From Myxococcota bacterium (GTDB lineage: Bacteria > Myxococcota_C > UBA6777), in assembly GCA_023150835.1 (NCBI GenBank), contig JAKLKB010000011.1, positions 1-64,000 of the forward strand: DNA of 64,000 nt, read 5' to 3'. Shown here piece after piece: positions 48,497-58,359 of this stretch (the first letter of the stretch is position 1; every line of letters begins with the position of its first letter). The position numbers were made by a program, and so were the translations under genes. A model generated the notes under the pieces. The model was not told the DNA's origin, did no database searches, and worked only from the letters and a program-made list of their open reading frames with translations.

Positions 48497-51316
48497 CTAT
48501 TGTCCGATCAAGGCGAGATGCCCGAGACTGAATACACCGTCCCCTGCGAGAGGCCGAACAACGATGCGGTTGAATCGCGATCTGCGCGCATTCATCGGAA
48601 CATCCAGCGTATAGACTTGCAATCCACCGCGTGTCGAAGGGTTGGCACCTTGCACCGTTCGCCCGACTTCTTTGCGACCAAAAAAGAAGACCAATTCGAT
48701 ATCGTCGTTGCCGTCGGCAGAAAAGTGAAGACTGGGCGCAGAAGACAAGCGCGGCAACGCGATATCCAACACACGGTATCCCGAATCCCCGCCCAAGATC
48801 AGATTTCCTCGTGCATTCCACGGTGTCCCTTCCCATCGGCGCTGAACCAAGCGATGAGACTCCATCTTCAAAGGATGACGCCACACGATCAAGTGATTCA
48901 AATACGTTTTTCTCGATGCTTTCTCTGGAAACACTTTGACGGCTGAGATCCCCAAAGAAACCAAAGCGCTGGGGATCTGTCCGTGATAAACATACAAACC
49001 TTCTTGAAAAGACCCGGGAGCCTGAAAAGACACTTCGCCGATCTTTTGGGAGGATCGGAAAAACACCACCCGATAAGCAGCACCGCGACTGACGCCCACG
49101 GAAAACAGCCCGCTGTAAAGCGTCGCGCTTGGCTGTTGTAGCCGAACTCCCGCCCCGTCCGAAGACAAGCGCAGGTAGCCCGTCCCTTGGATCGGTGCAT
49201 TCGGACGCAACGCACGCCCCATCTCTTTTTCGCTGTAAAGATGATAAGAATGTTTGCGATAACGCTCTAACCACGAACGATACCGCCCCGTATGCAGCCC
49301 CCAGATCGCTTGCCAACGCGCCCAAGTAAACAAGGGGCCACGTGTGATCAACTGGATCATCTCGTAATAACGCCGCAGATCGGGATCCTGCAAGACACCT
49401 TCTCCCACCGCAGCCTTCGGATATTCGGGAGGGATCACGCGGATGTAATGGCCGGGCCGCCAAGCCACCCCCGGCTCTCGCTGCATCGGTAGATGCGCAA
49501 GCAACGGATCACCCAACGCCAAGGGATCGATGATATGGACATCAGGCCCCGCATACAAACCAAACATCCCGATCGATCCTTCGGTGGTGACGCGGATCTT
49601 GTCTTCGCGAGCTTTCAGACCACGCAGTCGCCAATGATGATCAGGCATGACTTTTCCCGGTCGAGCGTACACCAGCCCTGTCCCATGAAAATAAAAGCCC
49701 CGCTCATCCGACACTCCCGCATTGTTTTGATGCCCATCCCATCCTTTGTTGTTTCGTGTCGTGGGATTATGCGCGTACACCTGCAACAGCATCACAAAAA
49801 ACACGATCGGCAGCGCATGAGCCACCGCATGCACGCGCTCTTGCAACATCACCACCACCATCACCACCACCAAAGCGCTCAAAAACCGCCCCGCCATAAA
49901 ATCCCCACCGATCCAAACAATATACGCCGCATAACACAGCGCTCCGCCCCCAACCCAACCCACCGCTCGACGCTCTTTCGACCAGAAGCGAAACAACGAC
50001 CAACCCATCATCCCAAAAAGAAAAACAACCGTCAGCGCATCTTTTTGTAGAGAGTAAAAGAAATAATACGATCCTTGTACGATCTTTTCGTAAAGAGGCA
50101 AGCCTGTGGACAGCTTGGCATACGCAGTGTTCGGAACCCACAGGCCATAGTAGATCAAGGAAAAAGCTTCCCACGCAAGCAACGGCAGCGCGGCCAAAAA
50201 CAACACGCCCAACAAACAAACGTTCCATCGCGTATGCCAAAGCACATACAACAGCGGAAAGCCGAACAGAAGGGCATGATCGGTGCGATTCAAGACCCCC
50301 AAGCACGCGATACCAACCAACACACCGACACGAAAAGGCGAAAAGATCGTGGACGGCTCCGAAGATTGGACAGGACGCAAGTCTTCGACCCAACGGAAAA
50401 ACAACAGCAAAAACACCACCAACAACAGATGCGCCAGCGGATTTTCCAACCCCGATGTCGCAAAGTCCACATACGCCCGCGAAAAACCAAGCACCAACGC
50501 CCCAATCAAGATATGCAACGTCGAACGGGCGATGTGTCGAAACAGCAACCACAACATCAGCGCCGTCAACACCAGCGAAAGCCCCATCGCCGACCAATAC
50601 AGATGGCCGACAACCCAATGCACCCCCGCAACAAGAAACATCCATAGCGGATGGGTGTAGCTTTGCACACGCTCTAGCGGATTCCAGCGCAGCCCGTAGC
50701 CATGAAACCAGTTGTCGATCGTGCGAAACGTGATAAACGCATCATCACAGATCCACGCATTGCTGACCACCCAGATCATCACAAACGCCATCGCCCAAAA
50801 AGCCGCTGCCGCCTTCTTCCAACCACCTTCTTGCATCGGATGGCCGGGATACCACGAAAATCCCCCCTCCTGTACAGCCTTCCCACCCACAACAAAGCTC
50901 GGCAAAGCACCCGCACAACGCCCACCCACCGATGCGGTAGCCACCGAAACGCCTACACGCACCGAAGCATCCGTAGCCATCGAAGCATCCGTAGCCATCG
51001 AAGCATCCGTAGCCATCGAAGCATCCGTAGCCATCGAAGCATCCGTAGCCATCGAAGCATCCGCAGCCATCGAAGTATCCGTAACCATCGAAGCATCCGC
51101 AGCCATCGAAACACCTGCGCTCCCCCGCTCTGCTCGCCGCAGAGAAGGGGCCTTGCCTTGAGCGGCTTTGCCTTGAGCGGCTTTGCCTTGGGCGGCTTTG
51201 CCTTGGGCGGCTTTGCCTTGGGCGGCTTTGCCTTGGGCGGTCTTGCCTTGAGCGGCCTTGCCTTGGGGTGGCTTGCTTTGAGGGGTCTCTGCTTTCTTTT
51301 TATTCTTTTTTCCCAT
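48497..51316 (-). CDS. GT-C fold membrane glycosyltransferase (AftB-like), paralog 2, with repeat-expanded N-terminus
   Basis: Same motifs as paralog 1 (CDDAFITFR); N-terminal QGKAA and DASMAT repeats. Confidence 0.82.
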   Translation of the reverse strand: MGKKNKKKAETPQSKPPQGKAAQGKTAQGKAAQGKAAQGKAAQGKAAQGKAAQGKAPSLRRAERGSAGVSMAADASMVTDTSMAADASMATDASMATDASMATDASMATDASMATDASVRVGVSVATASVGGRCAGALPSFVVGGKAVQEGGFSWYPGHPMQEGGWKKAAAAFWAMAFVMIWVVSNAWICDDAFITFRTIDNWFHGYGLRWNPLERVQSYTHPLWMFLVAGVHWVVGHLYWSAMGLSLVLTALMLWLLFRHIARSTLHILIGALVLGFSRAYVDFATSGLENPLAHLLLVVFLLLFFRWVEDLRPVQSSEPSTIFSPFRVGVLVGIACLGVLNRTDHALLFGFPLLYVLWHTRWNVCLLGVLFLAALPLLAWEAFSLIYYGLWVPNTAYAKLSTGLPLYEKIVQGSYYFFYSLQKDALTVVFLFGMMGWSLFRFWSKERRAVGWVGGGALCYAAYIVWIGGDFMAGRFLSALVVVMVVVMLQERVHAVAHALPIVFFVMLLQVYAHNPTTRNNKGWDGHQNNAGVSDERGFYFHGTGLVYARPGKVMPDHHWRLRGLKAREDKIRVTTEGSIGMFGLYAGPDVHIIDPLALGDPLLAHLPMQREPGVAWRPGHYIRVIPPEYPKAAVGEGVLQDPDLRRYYEMIQLITRGPLFTWARWQAIWGLHTGRYRSWLERYRKHSYHLYSEKEMGRALRPNAPIQGTGYLRLSSDGAGVRLQQPSATLYSGLFSVGVSRGAAYRVVFFRSSQKIGEVSFQAPGSFQEGLYVYHGQIPSALVSLGISAVKVFPEKASRKTYLNHLIVWRHPLKMESHRLVQRRWEGTPWNARGNLILGGDSGYRVLDIALPRLSSAPSLHFSADGNDDIELVFFFGRKEVGRTVQGANPSTRGGLQVYTLDVPMNARRSRFNRIVVRPLAGDGVFSLGHLALIGQ
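50963..51265. repeat. 18-nt (DASMAT) and 15-nt (QGKAA) in-frame tandem arrays
   Basis: cgaagcatccgtagccat about x8; ggcggctttgccttg about x7. Confidence 0.85.
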
Positions 51317-51421
51317 CAGAAAACCTCTATTTTCGAGGCGAGATATCGCTCGGCATGGTGGATTTGGCGCAAACAGCGGAACAAAAGCACACACTCGCCT
51401 TTCGGTGTCAAGAACCTTTGC

Positions 51422-51841
51422 TCAGCGTAAAGGGGTGAAAACACCAACAGGGGCGAGAGACAAGCGCACCGCGTAATAGAGCAAAAACCAGAACAGCAGC
51501 CATCGTTGCAAAGAGCCCGATCGCAACAGAGATAACGGGCCGAACGGGCGGGCTTGATCGGTTGCAAGTTCCCATCCCACCTGCACCAAACACAACACGA
51601 AAAAGCCAAGCAACAGGGGTCCAAACGCATGAAAATACAGCGCTCCGAGCCAATCCCCCCACAGCATCGCCCGAAACGAACGAGTCATCCCGCACAACGG
51701 ACACGGCACACCCACCCACAAAAACAACGGGCATCCCAAGGGTGATCGATTGCCGGACCACGCATAAAACAACACCACGATTATCCCCACCACCCCCAGC
51801 CCCAAGGCTGCTTTTCGCTCCTGCCGCTGTTGTGGAATCAC
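51422..51841 (-). CDS. DUF2752 membrane protein
   Basis: CPLFLWVGVPCPLCGMTRS motif with flanking TMs. Confidence 0.85.
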   Translation of the reverse strand: MIPQQRQERKAALGLGVVGIIVVLFYAWSGNRSPLGCPLFLWVGVPCPLCGMTRSFRAMLWGDWLGALYFHAFGPLLLGFFVLCLVQVGWELATDQARPFGPLSLLRSGSLQRWLLFWFLLYYAVRLSLAPVGVFTPLR

Positions 51842-51929
51842 GATACAGGCCCCCTGTTGCTTTTTTGCCGTACATCGGCTTGATCAAGAGCGCTTCTGTC
51901 CAACTCCAATGCGAAAGAAAGAATGGAAT

Positions 51930-53495
51930 ATGGAAACCTTGTTGATCTCTGGCGAATCTCTGCGCGTCGATGATGTCGTTGCCGTCGCTCAAGGCCGACG
52001 TGTCGGGCTTGATGAAGGTGCGCTACCCAAGATCCAGCGCGCACGCGCAGCGGTGGATCATCTTGTGAGAGAAGGCCGCGTTGCTTACGGTATTACCACA
52101 GGTTTCGGGCATTTCAAGGACAAGATCATCCCACCCGACCAAGTGCGTCAGCTTCAGTTTAACTTAGTGCGCAGCCACGCGGTCGGTGTGGGCGAAGAGC
52201 TGGACGAAGAGACCTCACGTGCCATGCTGCTTGTGCGCGCAAACACCCTAGCCAAGGGATGTTCGGGAGTTCGCCCCGAAGTGATCCAACTGATGATCGC
52301 GATGCTCAACCACCGCATCCATCCGTGTATCCCTTCCCAAGGCTCTCTGGGTGCAAGCGGCGATCTTGCGCCCCTCGCTCATCTTGCGTTGGCGCTGATC
52401 GGCGAGGGAGATGTGATCGCCCAAGGCCGGCGTATGTCAAGCCACCTTGCGTTCCAAAACGTCGGACTCAAGCCACTGATCCTTGAAGCCAAAGAAGGAC
52501 TCGCGATCCTCAACGGAACAACGCTGATGGTGGCGCTTGGCGCGTTGCTCGTCCGGCGCGGGATCAACCTTGTGCTTACCGCTGATATGGCTGCGGCGCT
52601 CACTCTTGAAGCCCTACACGGAACGGATCGCGCCTATGATGCGCGCATCCATGCGCTGCGTCCGCATCCTCGGCAGATCGACTGCGCCTCTTTCTTACGA
52701 CGGCTTCTTCATGGCAGCGGCTTCTTGCGCCCCCGCAACTCCCTCAACGTCCAAGATCCCTACACCCTGCGCTGCGTCCCGCAAGTCCACGGAGCCGTCC
52801 GTGATGCCGTCGCTTATACCCAATGGGTCGTCGATATCGAACTGAACGCCGTCAACGATAATCCGATCATCCTCACCTCCGAAGGCTCCGAAGAATTTGA
52901 TGTGATCTCTGCGGGAAACTTTCATGGAGAACCCGTCGCCTTCTCGGCGGATTATATGAAGTTCGCCCTCACCGATCTCGGCAACATGAGCGAGCGCCGT
53001 ATCGCACGCATGGTCGACGCCGATTGCAATCACAGCATCCTGCCGATGTTTTTGACCGAACATGGCGGACTCGAAAGCGGCTTTATGATCGCCCAATACA
53101 CCGCCGCCTCCCTTGCATCCGAAAACAAGGTGTTTTCTCATCCCGCAAGCGCTGACAGCATCCCAAGCAGCGCAAACACCGAAGATCACGTCAGCATGGG
53201 CGCGATCGCCGTTCGCCACCTAAAAAAAGTCATCGAACACACCGAGATCATCGTCGCCATCGAACTCATGGCCGCCGCCCAAGGCATCGACTTTCGCCGA
53301 CGCGAACTCCCCACCGATACCCCTCTTGGTCGCGGAACCTCCGAAGCTTACCGCTGTATCCGCGAGCAGATCCCATTTCTCACCAACGATCCGATCTTTG
53401 CCCCCCTCATCGAAAAAGCCCGCCAACTGGTCTCTTCAGGCACTCTCAAACAACGTGTCGAACAAGTGCTCGACGAGCAACATGGTCTGGGCTGA
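51930..53495 (+). CDS. hutH: Histidine ammonia-lyase
   Basis: YGITTGFG, LVRSHA (HAL-type SH), GSLGASGDLAPL (MIO), QDPYTLRCVPQVHG, GNFHG, EDHVSMG. Confidence 0.92.
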   Translation: METLLISGESLRVDDVVAVAQGRRVGLDEGALPKIQRARAAVDHLVREGRVAYGITTGFGHFKDKIIPPDQVRQLQFNLVRSHAVGVGEELDEETSRAMLLVRANTLAKGCSGVRPEVIQLMIAMLNHRIHPCIPSQGSLGASGDLAPLAHLALALIGEGDVIAQGRRMSSHLAFQNVGLKPLILEAKEGLAILNGTTLMVALGALLVRRGINLVLTADMAAALTLEALHGTDRAYDARIHALRPHPRQIDCASFLRRLLHGSGFLRPRNSLNVQDPYTLRCVPQVHGAVRDAVAYTQWVVDIELNAVNDNPIILTSEGSEEFDVISAGNFHGEPVAFSADYMKFALTDLGNMSERRIARMVDADCNHSILPMFLTEHGGLESGFMIAQYTAASLASENKVFSHPASADSIPSSANTEDHVSMGAIAVRHLKKVIEHTEIIVAIELMAAAQGIDFRRRELPTDTPLGRGTSEAYRCIREQIPFLTNDPIFAPLIEKARQLVSSGTLKQRVEQVLDEQHGLG

Positions 53496-53617
53496 GACGG
53501 ATGGAAAACAGCACGAACACGGGGACTTGTGAACGACTCGGCCCCAAAGAGCCGAGCTTCGAGCAGGTTCAAAAACGTCGTCACACGAACAGATGGACAG
53601 CAGCCCCGCAACGGACT

Positions 53618-55081
53618 CTACGGCGTGGCTTTTACGCCATGCAAAAAGCGCAGTTTCTTTCCGCCACGCATCACCATCTTCAATCGCTCGACAGCGCGGA
53701 TATCTTGGAGCGGATCGCCGTCCACCATGATCAGATCCGCCACCTTCCCCACCTCGATCTTGCCATAACGCGGGTTCTTTTCGATCAACCGAGAAGGCCC
53801 CGTGACGGCGGCCTCCAACAGCACATCATTCGGGATGCCCGCTTTTGACAAGGCTCGCAACTCCCGATGATACGCGCTTCCCGGATAGATGCCCGGCAAC
53901 GCGCTGTCCGTCCCAACCCAGATCACCACCCCCGCCCGATGCAACAAGCGGATGTTTTCGTGCCAATGCTTTTTCGCACGCAGCAACCCCTTCGCAAACT
54001 CCCCAAGCACAGGCAGATCAACAAACGACTTGCCTTTCTCTCCCACCAATGGCTCCCACAGCACAGGCGGGTGCATCACCCGCTCCAAAGAACTCGGCTG
54101 CATCTTGCCTTCTGCCATCAGCGCCGATCTCTCAAACGCCGCCAGCGTCGGGATCATCCGCACTCCCGTTTTGGCGATCTCCCGCGCTTGCGCTTCCGTC
54201 AAAGCGTCCCGATACACACCATGCGCCAAGACATCCGCCCCCGCACGCGCCGCCACCAGCGCATTTTGCGCACTGCCGATATGGATAAACACGCGCATCC
54301 CTTTGGCTTTGGCCGCCGCCGCCAATGCCCGCACCAGCGTTTCCCCCATCTCTGGACTTCCCGGAGGCAACTGATCCACCACCATCTTGACGTAATCCAC
54401 GCCCTTGCGTTGGAGGGCTGCAACGATCTTGGGTGCATCTTCGGGCGTTTTGATCGCTGTCAACAGCCAAGGAGCCATCCAGTTCAATGGCCAAGGAAAC
54501 AGCTTGGAGCTTGCAGGTTCGGGATGCGATCCCGGCGAAGAGATCGGTCCATCCGTGAAAAAGATTCGCGGCCCCAACCATCGCCCAGAACGCACCTTGT
54601 CGCGCATCGCCTTGGATGCAGCGGCCTGACCGCCCAGATCAAAGACCGTCGTCACACCCGCCCGCAAATGCGCGTGAAGGTTGTGTTCCTCGTTCCAAAA
54701 AACAAAATGCCCCGGGGCCGATCCGCTCCCCGAAAGATGCACATGCGCATCCACCAGCCCCGGCATCAACGTTTGCCCCGCGCCTTTGACAAGATGCGCT
54801 CCTTCCGCCTTGATCGTCCCACTTGCCCCGATCTTGGCGATCTTTCCACGCTCCACCAAGATATCCCGACCCTTCCACAACACCTTTCCCCAACCCGGAT
54901 ACACATCGACCCCCTGAAACAAGATCCGCTCACCCACCCGCGCATCTTCCACCAATCGCGGAAACTTCGCCTGATCCGATTGCATACGGCGCATCAACCA
55001 CACTCCCGCGCCCACACCACACAACACCACCCCCGCGATCACAAACCACAGCCAACCCTTCCCTCTTCGGCCTTCACGCAT
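53618..55081 (-). CDS. Membrane-anchored amidohydrolase-family protein
   Basis: PGLVDAHVH, GVTTVFDLG, YVK, FIH, AHG, GTD, GKVADL. Confidence 0.88.
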   Translation of the reverse strand: MREGRRGKGWLWFVIAGVVLCGVGAGVWLMRRMQSDQAKFPRLVEDARVGERILFQGVDVYPGWGKVLWKGRDILVERGKIAKIGASGTIKAEGAHLVKGAGQTLMPGLVDAHVHLSGSGSAPGHFVFWNEEHNLHAHLRAGVTTVFDLGGQAAASKAMRDKVRSGRWLGPRIFFTDGPISSPGSHPEPASSKLFPWPLNWMAPWLLTAIKTPEDAPKIVAALQRKGVDYVKMVVDQLPPGSPEMGETLVRALAAAAKAKGMRVFIHIGSAQNALVAARAGADVLAHGVYRDALTEAQAREIAKTGVRMIPTLAAFERSALMAEGKMQPSSLERVMHPPVLWEPLVGEKGKSFVDLPVLGEFAKGLLRAKKHWHENIRLLHRAGVVIWVGTDSALPGIYPGSAYHRELRALSKAGIPNDVLLEAAVTGPSRLIEKNPRYGKIEVGKVADLIMVDGDPLQDIRAVERLKMVMRGGKKLRFLHGVKATP

Positions 55082-55258
55082 CTTGCCCGTCCTTCTTTGC
55101 CTTGTTCCACAAAGGTTGTTCCCTCTGCGTCTTCTCTGTGCTAAAGATCATCTTCTTTTGCACCATCGTTCCCCAACGCACAACTGTCAAAAAGTGCAAA
55201 AAGACGAAAATCATGGGTGCGGGTGGACATCGTCCTTGATCGAGATAGGAGTTTTTCA

Positions 55259-56428
55259 ATGATAGCGCGGCTTTGGATCCCTCTGTTGGTCATACTCTTG
55301 TGGGGCTTGTCTTGCGATCCCAAAGGTACAAGCACAAACCACGAACCCACCTCGGATGGTTCTTCTCAAGTTCACACGGAACCCCTCGTCGAAGCATTGC
55401 CCGAATCCGCTCCATCCGAATCCGCTCCATCCGAATCCGCGCCTGAGCCGCAACCCGAACCCACACTCCCCGAGTCCCAGCCCGAACCCCAACCCGAACC
55501 CCAACCCGAACCCACACTCCCCGAACCCCAACCCGAACCCCAGCCCGAAGCTCCGCCCGAACCCGCCTTTGGCTTCATTGCGATAGGCGACACAGGCACA
55601 GGCTCAAGCACCCAAAAGAACGTCGCCATGGCGATCCAGCAAAAATGCCAAACCGAAAAAACCAAAGGGCGAGGCTGTGACTTTGGTATCCTGCTTGGCG
55701 ACAACTTCTATGACGTCGGTGTCAAGGACGAAAACGATCCCCAATTCAAAACCAAGTTTGCCGACATGTACCATCCCCTTGGCTTTCCTTGGTACATCAC
55801 ACAAGGCAACCACGATTACGGCGCGCTCGGCGCAGGACTCGAAGTCTGGAAAACCGATCACTACATCCGTTACGGAAAAAAAGACCCGCTCTACGTCTTC
55901 CCCGACAAGTACTTTGCCTTCACAAAACAACACGCACTGTTTATCAGCCTCAACACCACCGAATTGTTCTTTGATATCGGAGAATCCGACCAAACCAAGT
56001 TTGTTCGCGATAACCTCCAAAACAACAAAGCCGCCACATGGCGATTGGCCTTTGGACACCACCCCTACATCTCTAACGGAGAACACGGAAACGCTGGGGA
56101 ATACGAAGCCCTCCCGATCCCACTTCCCTATGTCAGCGGGCGCTTGATCAAAAAATTCATGGAAGCCGAGATCTGCGGAAAGTTCGATATCTATTTCTGC
56201 GGCCACGACCACAACCGCCAGATCCTCCAAGCCAAATGCGGCACCCAGTTCATCGTCAGCGGCGCAGGAGCCAAGAGCGATAGTTGGGGCAAAGGCAAGA
56301 AAAATCCCGTGCATTGGCAAAGCGATCAGGTCGGATTCATGTTCGTCTACGTCAAAGGCCGCACTCTTACCGTCGAAGCTCTCGATGAAAACGGCACACT
56401 CGAATTCTCAAAAACCTACACCAAATAA
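55259..56428 (+). CDS. Lipoprotein metallophosphoesterase (purple/tartrate-resistant acid phosphatase-like)
   Basis: LSC lipobox, PE linker; GDTG, GDNFY, GNHD, GHHP, GHDH. Confidence 0.92.
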   Translation: MIARLWIPLLVILLWGLSCDPKGTSTNHEPTSDGSSQVHTEPLVEALPESAPSESAPSESAPEPQPEPTLPESQPEPQPEPQPEPTLPEPQPEPQPEAPPEPAFGFIAIGDTGTGSSTQKNVAMAIQQKCQTEKTKGRGCDFGILLGDNFYDVGVKDENDPQFKTKFADMYHPLGFPWYITQGNHDYGALGAGLEVWKTDHYIRYGKKDPLYVFPDKYFAFTKQHALFISLNTTELFFDIGESDQTKFVRDNLQNNKAATWRLAFGHHPYISNGEHGNAGEYEALPIPLPYVSGRLIKKFMEAEICGKFDIYFCGHDHNRQILQAKCGTQFIVSGAGAKSDSWGKGKKNPVHWQSDQVGFMFVYVKGRTLTVEALDENGTLEFSKTYTK

Positions 56429-56537
56429 CCCCATCGCCCTAAAACACGGCGAAAACGGCAACGACGAAAACGGCAACGACAACGGCAGCCATCACAACGG
56501 CAACAACGAACTCTACGAACTCTATCGAAGCCTCGGC

Positions 56538-56630
56538 AACAACGAACACAACGAACACAACGAACACAACGAACATAACGAACACAACGAACACAACGAA
56601 CACAACGAACACAACGAACACAACGAACAC
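56538..56630. repeat. (AACGAACAC)n 9-nt intergenic tandem repeat
   Basis: About 10 copies, preceded by degenerate AACGGC/AACGAC units. Confidence 0.9.
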
Positions 56631-56691
56631 GGCAGGCACGATGGTTTTGCAACAGCCTCGTCACTCTCACCCACCCGCTCCCGCTTCTTCG

Positions 56692-58260
56692 ATGCACGTG
56701 CTTCGATGCACGGAGTTTTTTGCGCTTTGCCTCCTCCTCGTCGCTCTTGGGTGGGGGATATCCTCTTGTGCGCTTGGGCGCAGCTATTGTCTTTCCGATA
56801 CAGACTGCAAACCCGGATATCTCTGCATCATCGCACAATGCGCGCTGACTTCCTCCGATGGTTCGCCCAACGAAAAGCTGCCCCCTGATGGCCAAGAAGC
56901 GACCCCCGAGATCTCCCAAGAGACCGATCCCAGCGACGCTTCCGAAGCCCCCCAAGAGATCGATCCCAACGATATGCCTGTCCCCGACGGCACGATCTGC
57001 GTCGACGGAGCGACCCGTCCTTGCGACCTTTCCAATGATCCAGACTGCACTCAGATCGTCCCCAACCACTACAAATGCCAAAACTCCTGCAACAAAGGCG
57101 CTCACCGCTGCGTCGACGGTCAGTGGTCTTTGCGCTGCGATGCTCCCTACGAGATCGGCACCGAGATCTGTGACGGCATCGACAACGACTGCAACGGTCA
57201 AGTCGATGAATCGCTGAAATCCTGCCTCGCCACGATGCTTCGGCTCACCAACCCCGGAAATGGCCAAGCCATCGGCCTCGCGCTGGATCCCAAAGCACAG
57301 TTCCTGTACACCGCCGCCCAAAACGCCAGCCAAAGCCACTTTTTCCTCAAAAGAATCCAGCTCCCCAATCTCCAACAAGCCAACCTCGCCGTCGTGCCCA
57401 ATCCATCGACACTTCCCCGAAGTTACCAAGGCGTGACGGCCCTTGCACTTCACGCTGCCCCCGCCCAACCTATCCTCTACTTCACCGAAAACAACGGCTG
57501 CATCCTTTACAAAGCCACCCTCCGAAACACCGTCGCCACCGTCGAACGCCTTGGAGACGGCGTATGCCGCCCCGCTGCGGCAACACTCTACACCTCCCCT
57601 ATCGTCATCCAAAATGCCCGATTCATCGACATTACCAGCCTTGCAGTCCACCAAGCCACAGGCAAACTTTACATCGCCGAAAAAACTGACCAGCTCCTTC
57701 ACGTCTTCGACCCCCAACAAAATACCCTACAGACGCTGCACGCAAGCGAGAAAGACGATCTGCTCTGTCTAAAAAGCCCTGCGCTATCGCTGCTTTCTGT
57801 CGCAGCCGACATACCAGCGACGGAACGGATCTTCTTGCTTCACCAACATACCGCAACAGAAGCAGGCATCTTCTCCTTTGCTTTTGGTACCGCTTGCACC
57901 AACACCCCCCTTCGCATCGTTCCCGACACAGGCTTGCTCACCCCCACCACCTTTGCCCCAGTCTCCGACGAAAAACAAGCCGCAACCGCCTTTTATTTTT
58001 CCCAACACAACAACACCACCCCCCCCTCGATCTGCGGATTGTTTCGCGGCGCGCTCACCAAAACCCAGCTCAACGCCCCCGTCGCTTTGCTCCAAGGGGC
58101 GTGCGAGATCAAAGATGGACTCGCCAACAAGCCGGACACATCGACCGCACAAGTCGGCCAGATCTCCTCGATGACATGGCACCCCACTTCATCGCACCTT
58201 TACTTCCTCGATCAAGCCACCAACGGCGCAACGCACCTACGCCGCCTCACAGCCCCGTAA
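56692..58260 (+). CDS. Cys-rich lipoprotein with a beta-propeller-like C-terminal domain
   Basis: ISSC lipobox; EICDGIDNDCNGQVDE; GLALDP..FLYTA and SLAVH..GKLYIAE blades. Start is 56641 or 56692. Confidence 0.75.
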   Translation: MHVLRCTEFFALCLLLVALGWGISSCALGRSYCLSDTDCKPGYLCIIAQCALTSSDGSPNEKLPPDGQEATPEISQETDPSDASEAPQEIDPNDMPVPDGTICVDGATRPCDLSNDPDCTQIVPNHYKCQNSCNKGAHRCVDGQWSLRCDAPYEIGTEICDGIDNDCNGQVDESLKSCLATMLRLTNPGNGQAIGLALDPKAQFLYTAAQNASQSHFFLKRIQLPNLQQANLAVVPNPSTLPRSYQGVTALALHAAPAQPILYFTENNGCILYKATLRNTVATVERLGDGVCRPAAATLYTSPIVIQNARFIDITSLAVHQATGKLYIAEKTDQLLHVFDPQQNTLQTLHASEKDDLLCLKSPALSLLSVAADIPATERIFLLHQHTATEAGIFSFAFGTACTNTPLRIVPDTGLLTPTTFAPVSDEKQAATAFYFSQHNNTTPPSICGLFRGALTKTQLNAPVALLQGACEIKDGLANKPDTSTAQVGQISSMTWHPTSSHLYFLDQATNGATHLRRLTAP

Positions 58261-58359
58261 CAACCACGCATATGCAACGACTTCGTTTTCGTGATGACAC
58301 CGCCGCTCTTGTATCACCCCACATCGGATGCACACCTGTCTCCCCAAAAAGGACCCAAC

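Noticed and set aside
51930..55081. hut operon (hutH plus the amidohydrolase as hutI/hutF)
   Set aside because: The genes are convergent, the amidohydrolase is membrane-anchored, and hutU and hutG are absent.
56440..56630. AAC-rich tract as a DGR template repeat
   Set aside because: It is a simple 9-mer array with no similarity to the FGE 3' end and no adjacent RT.
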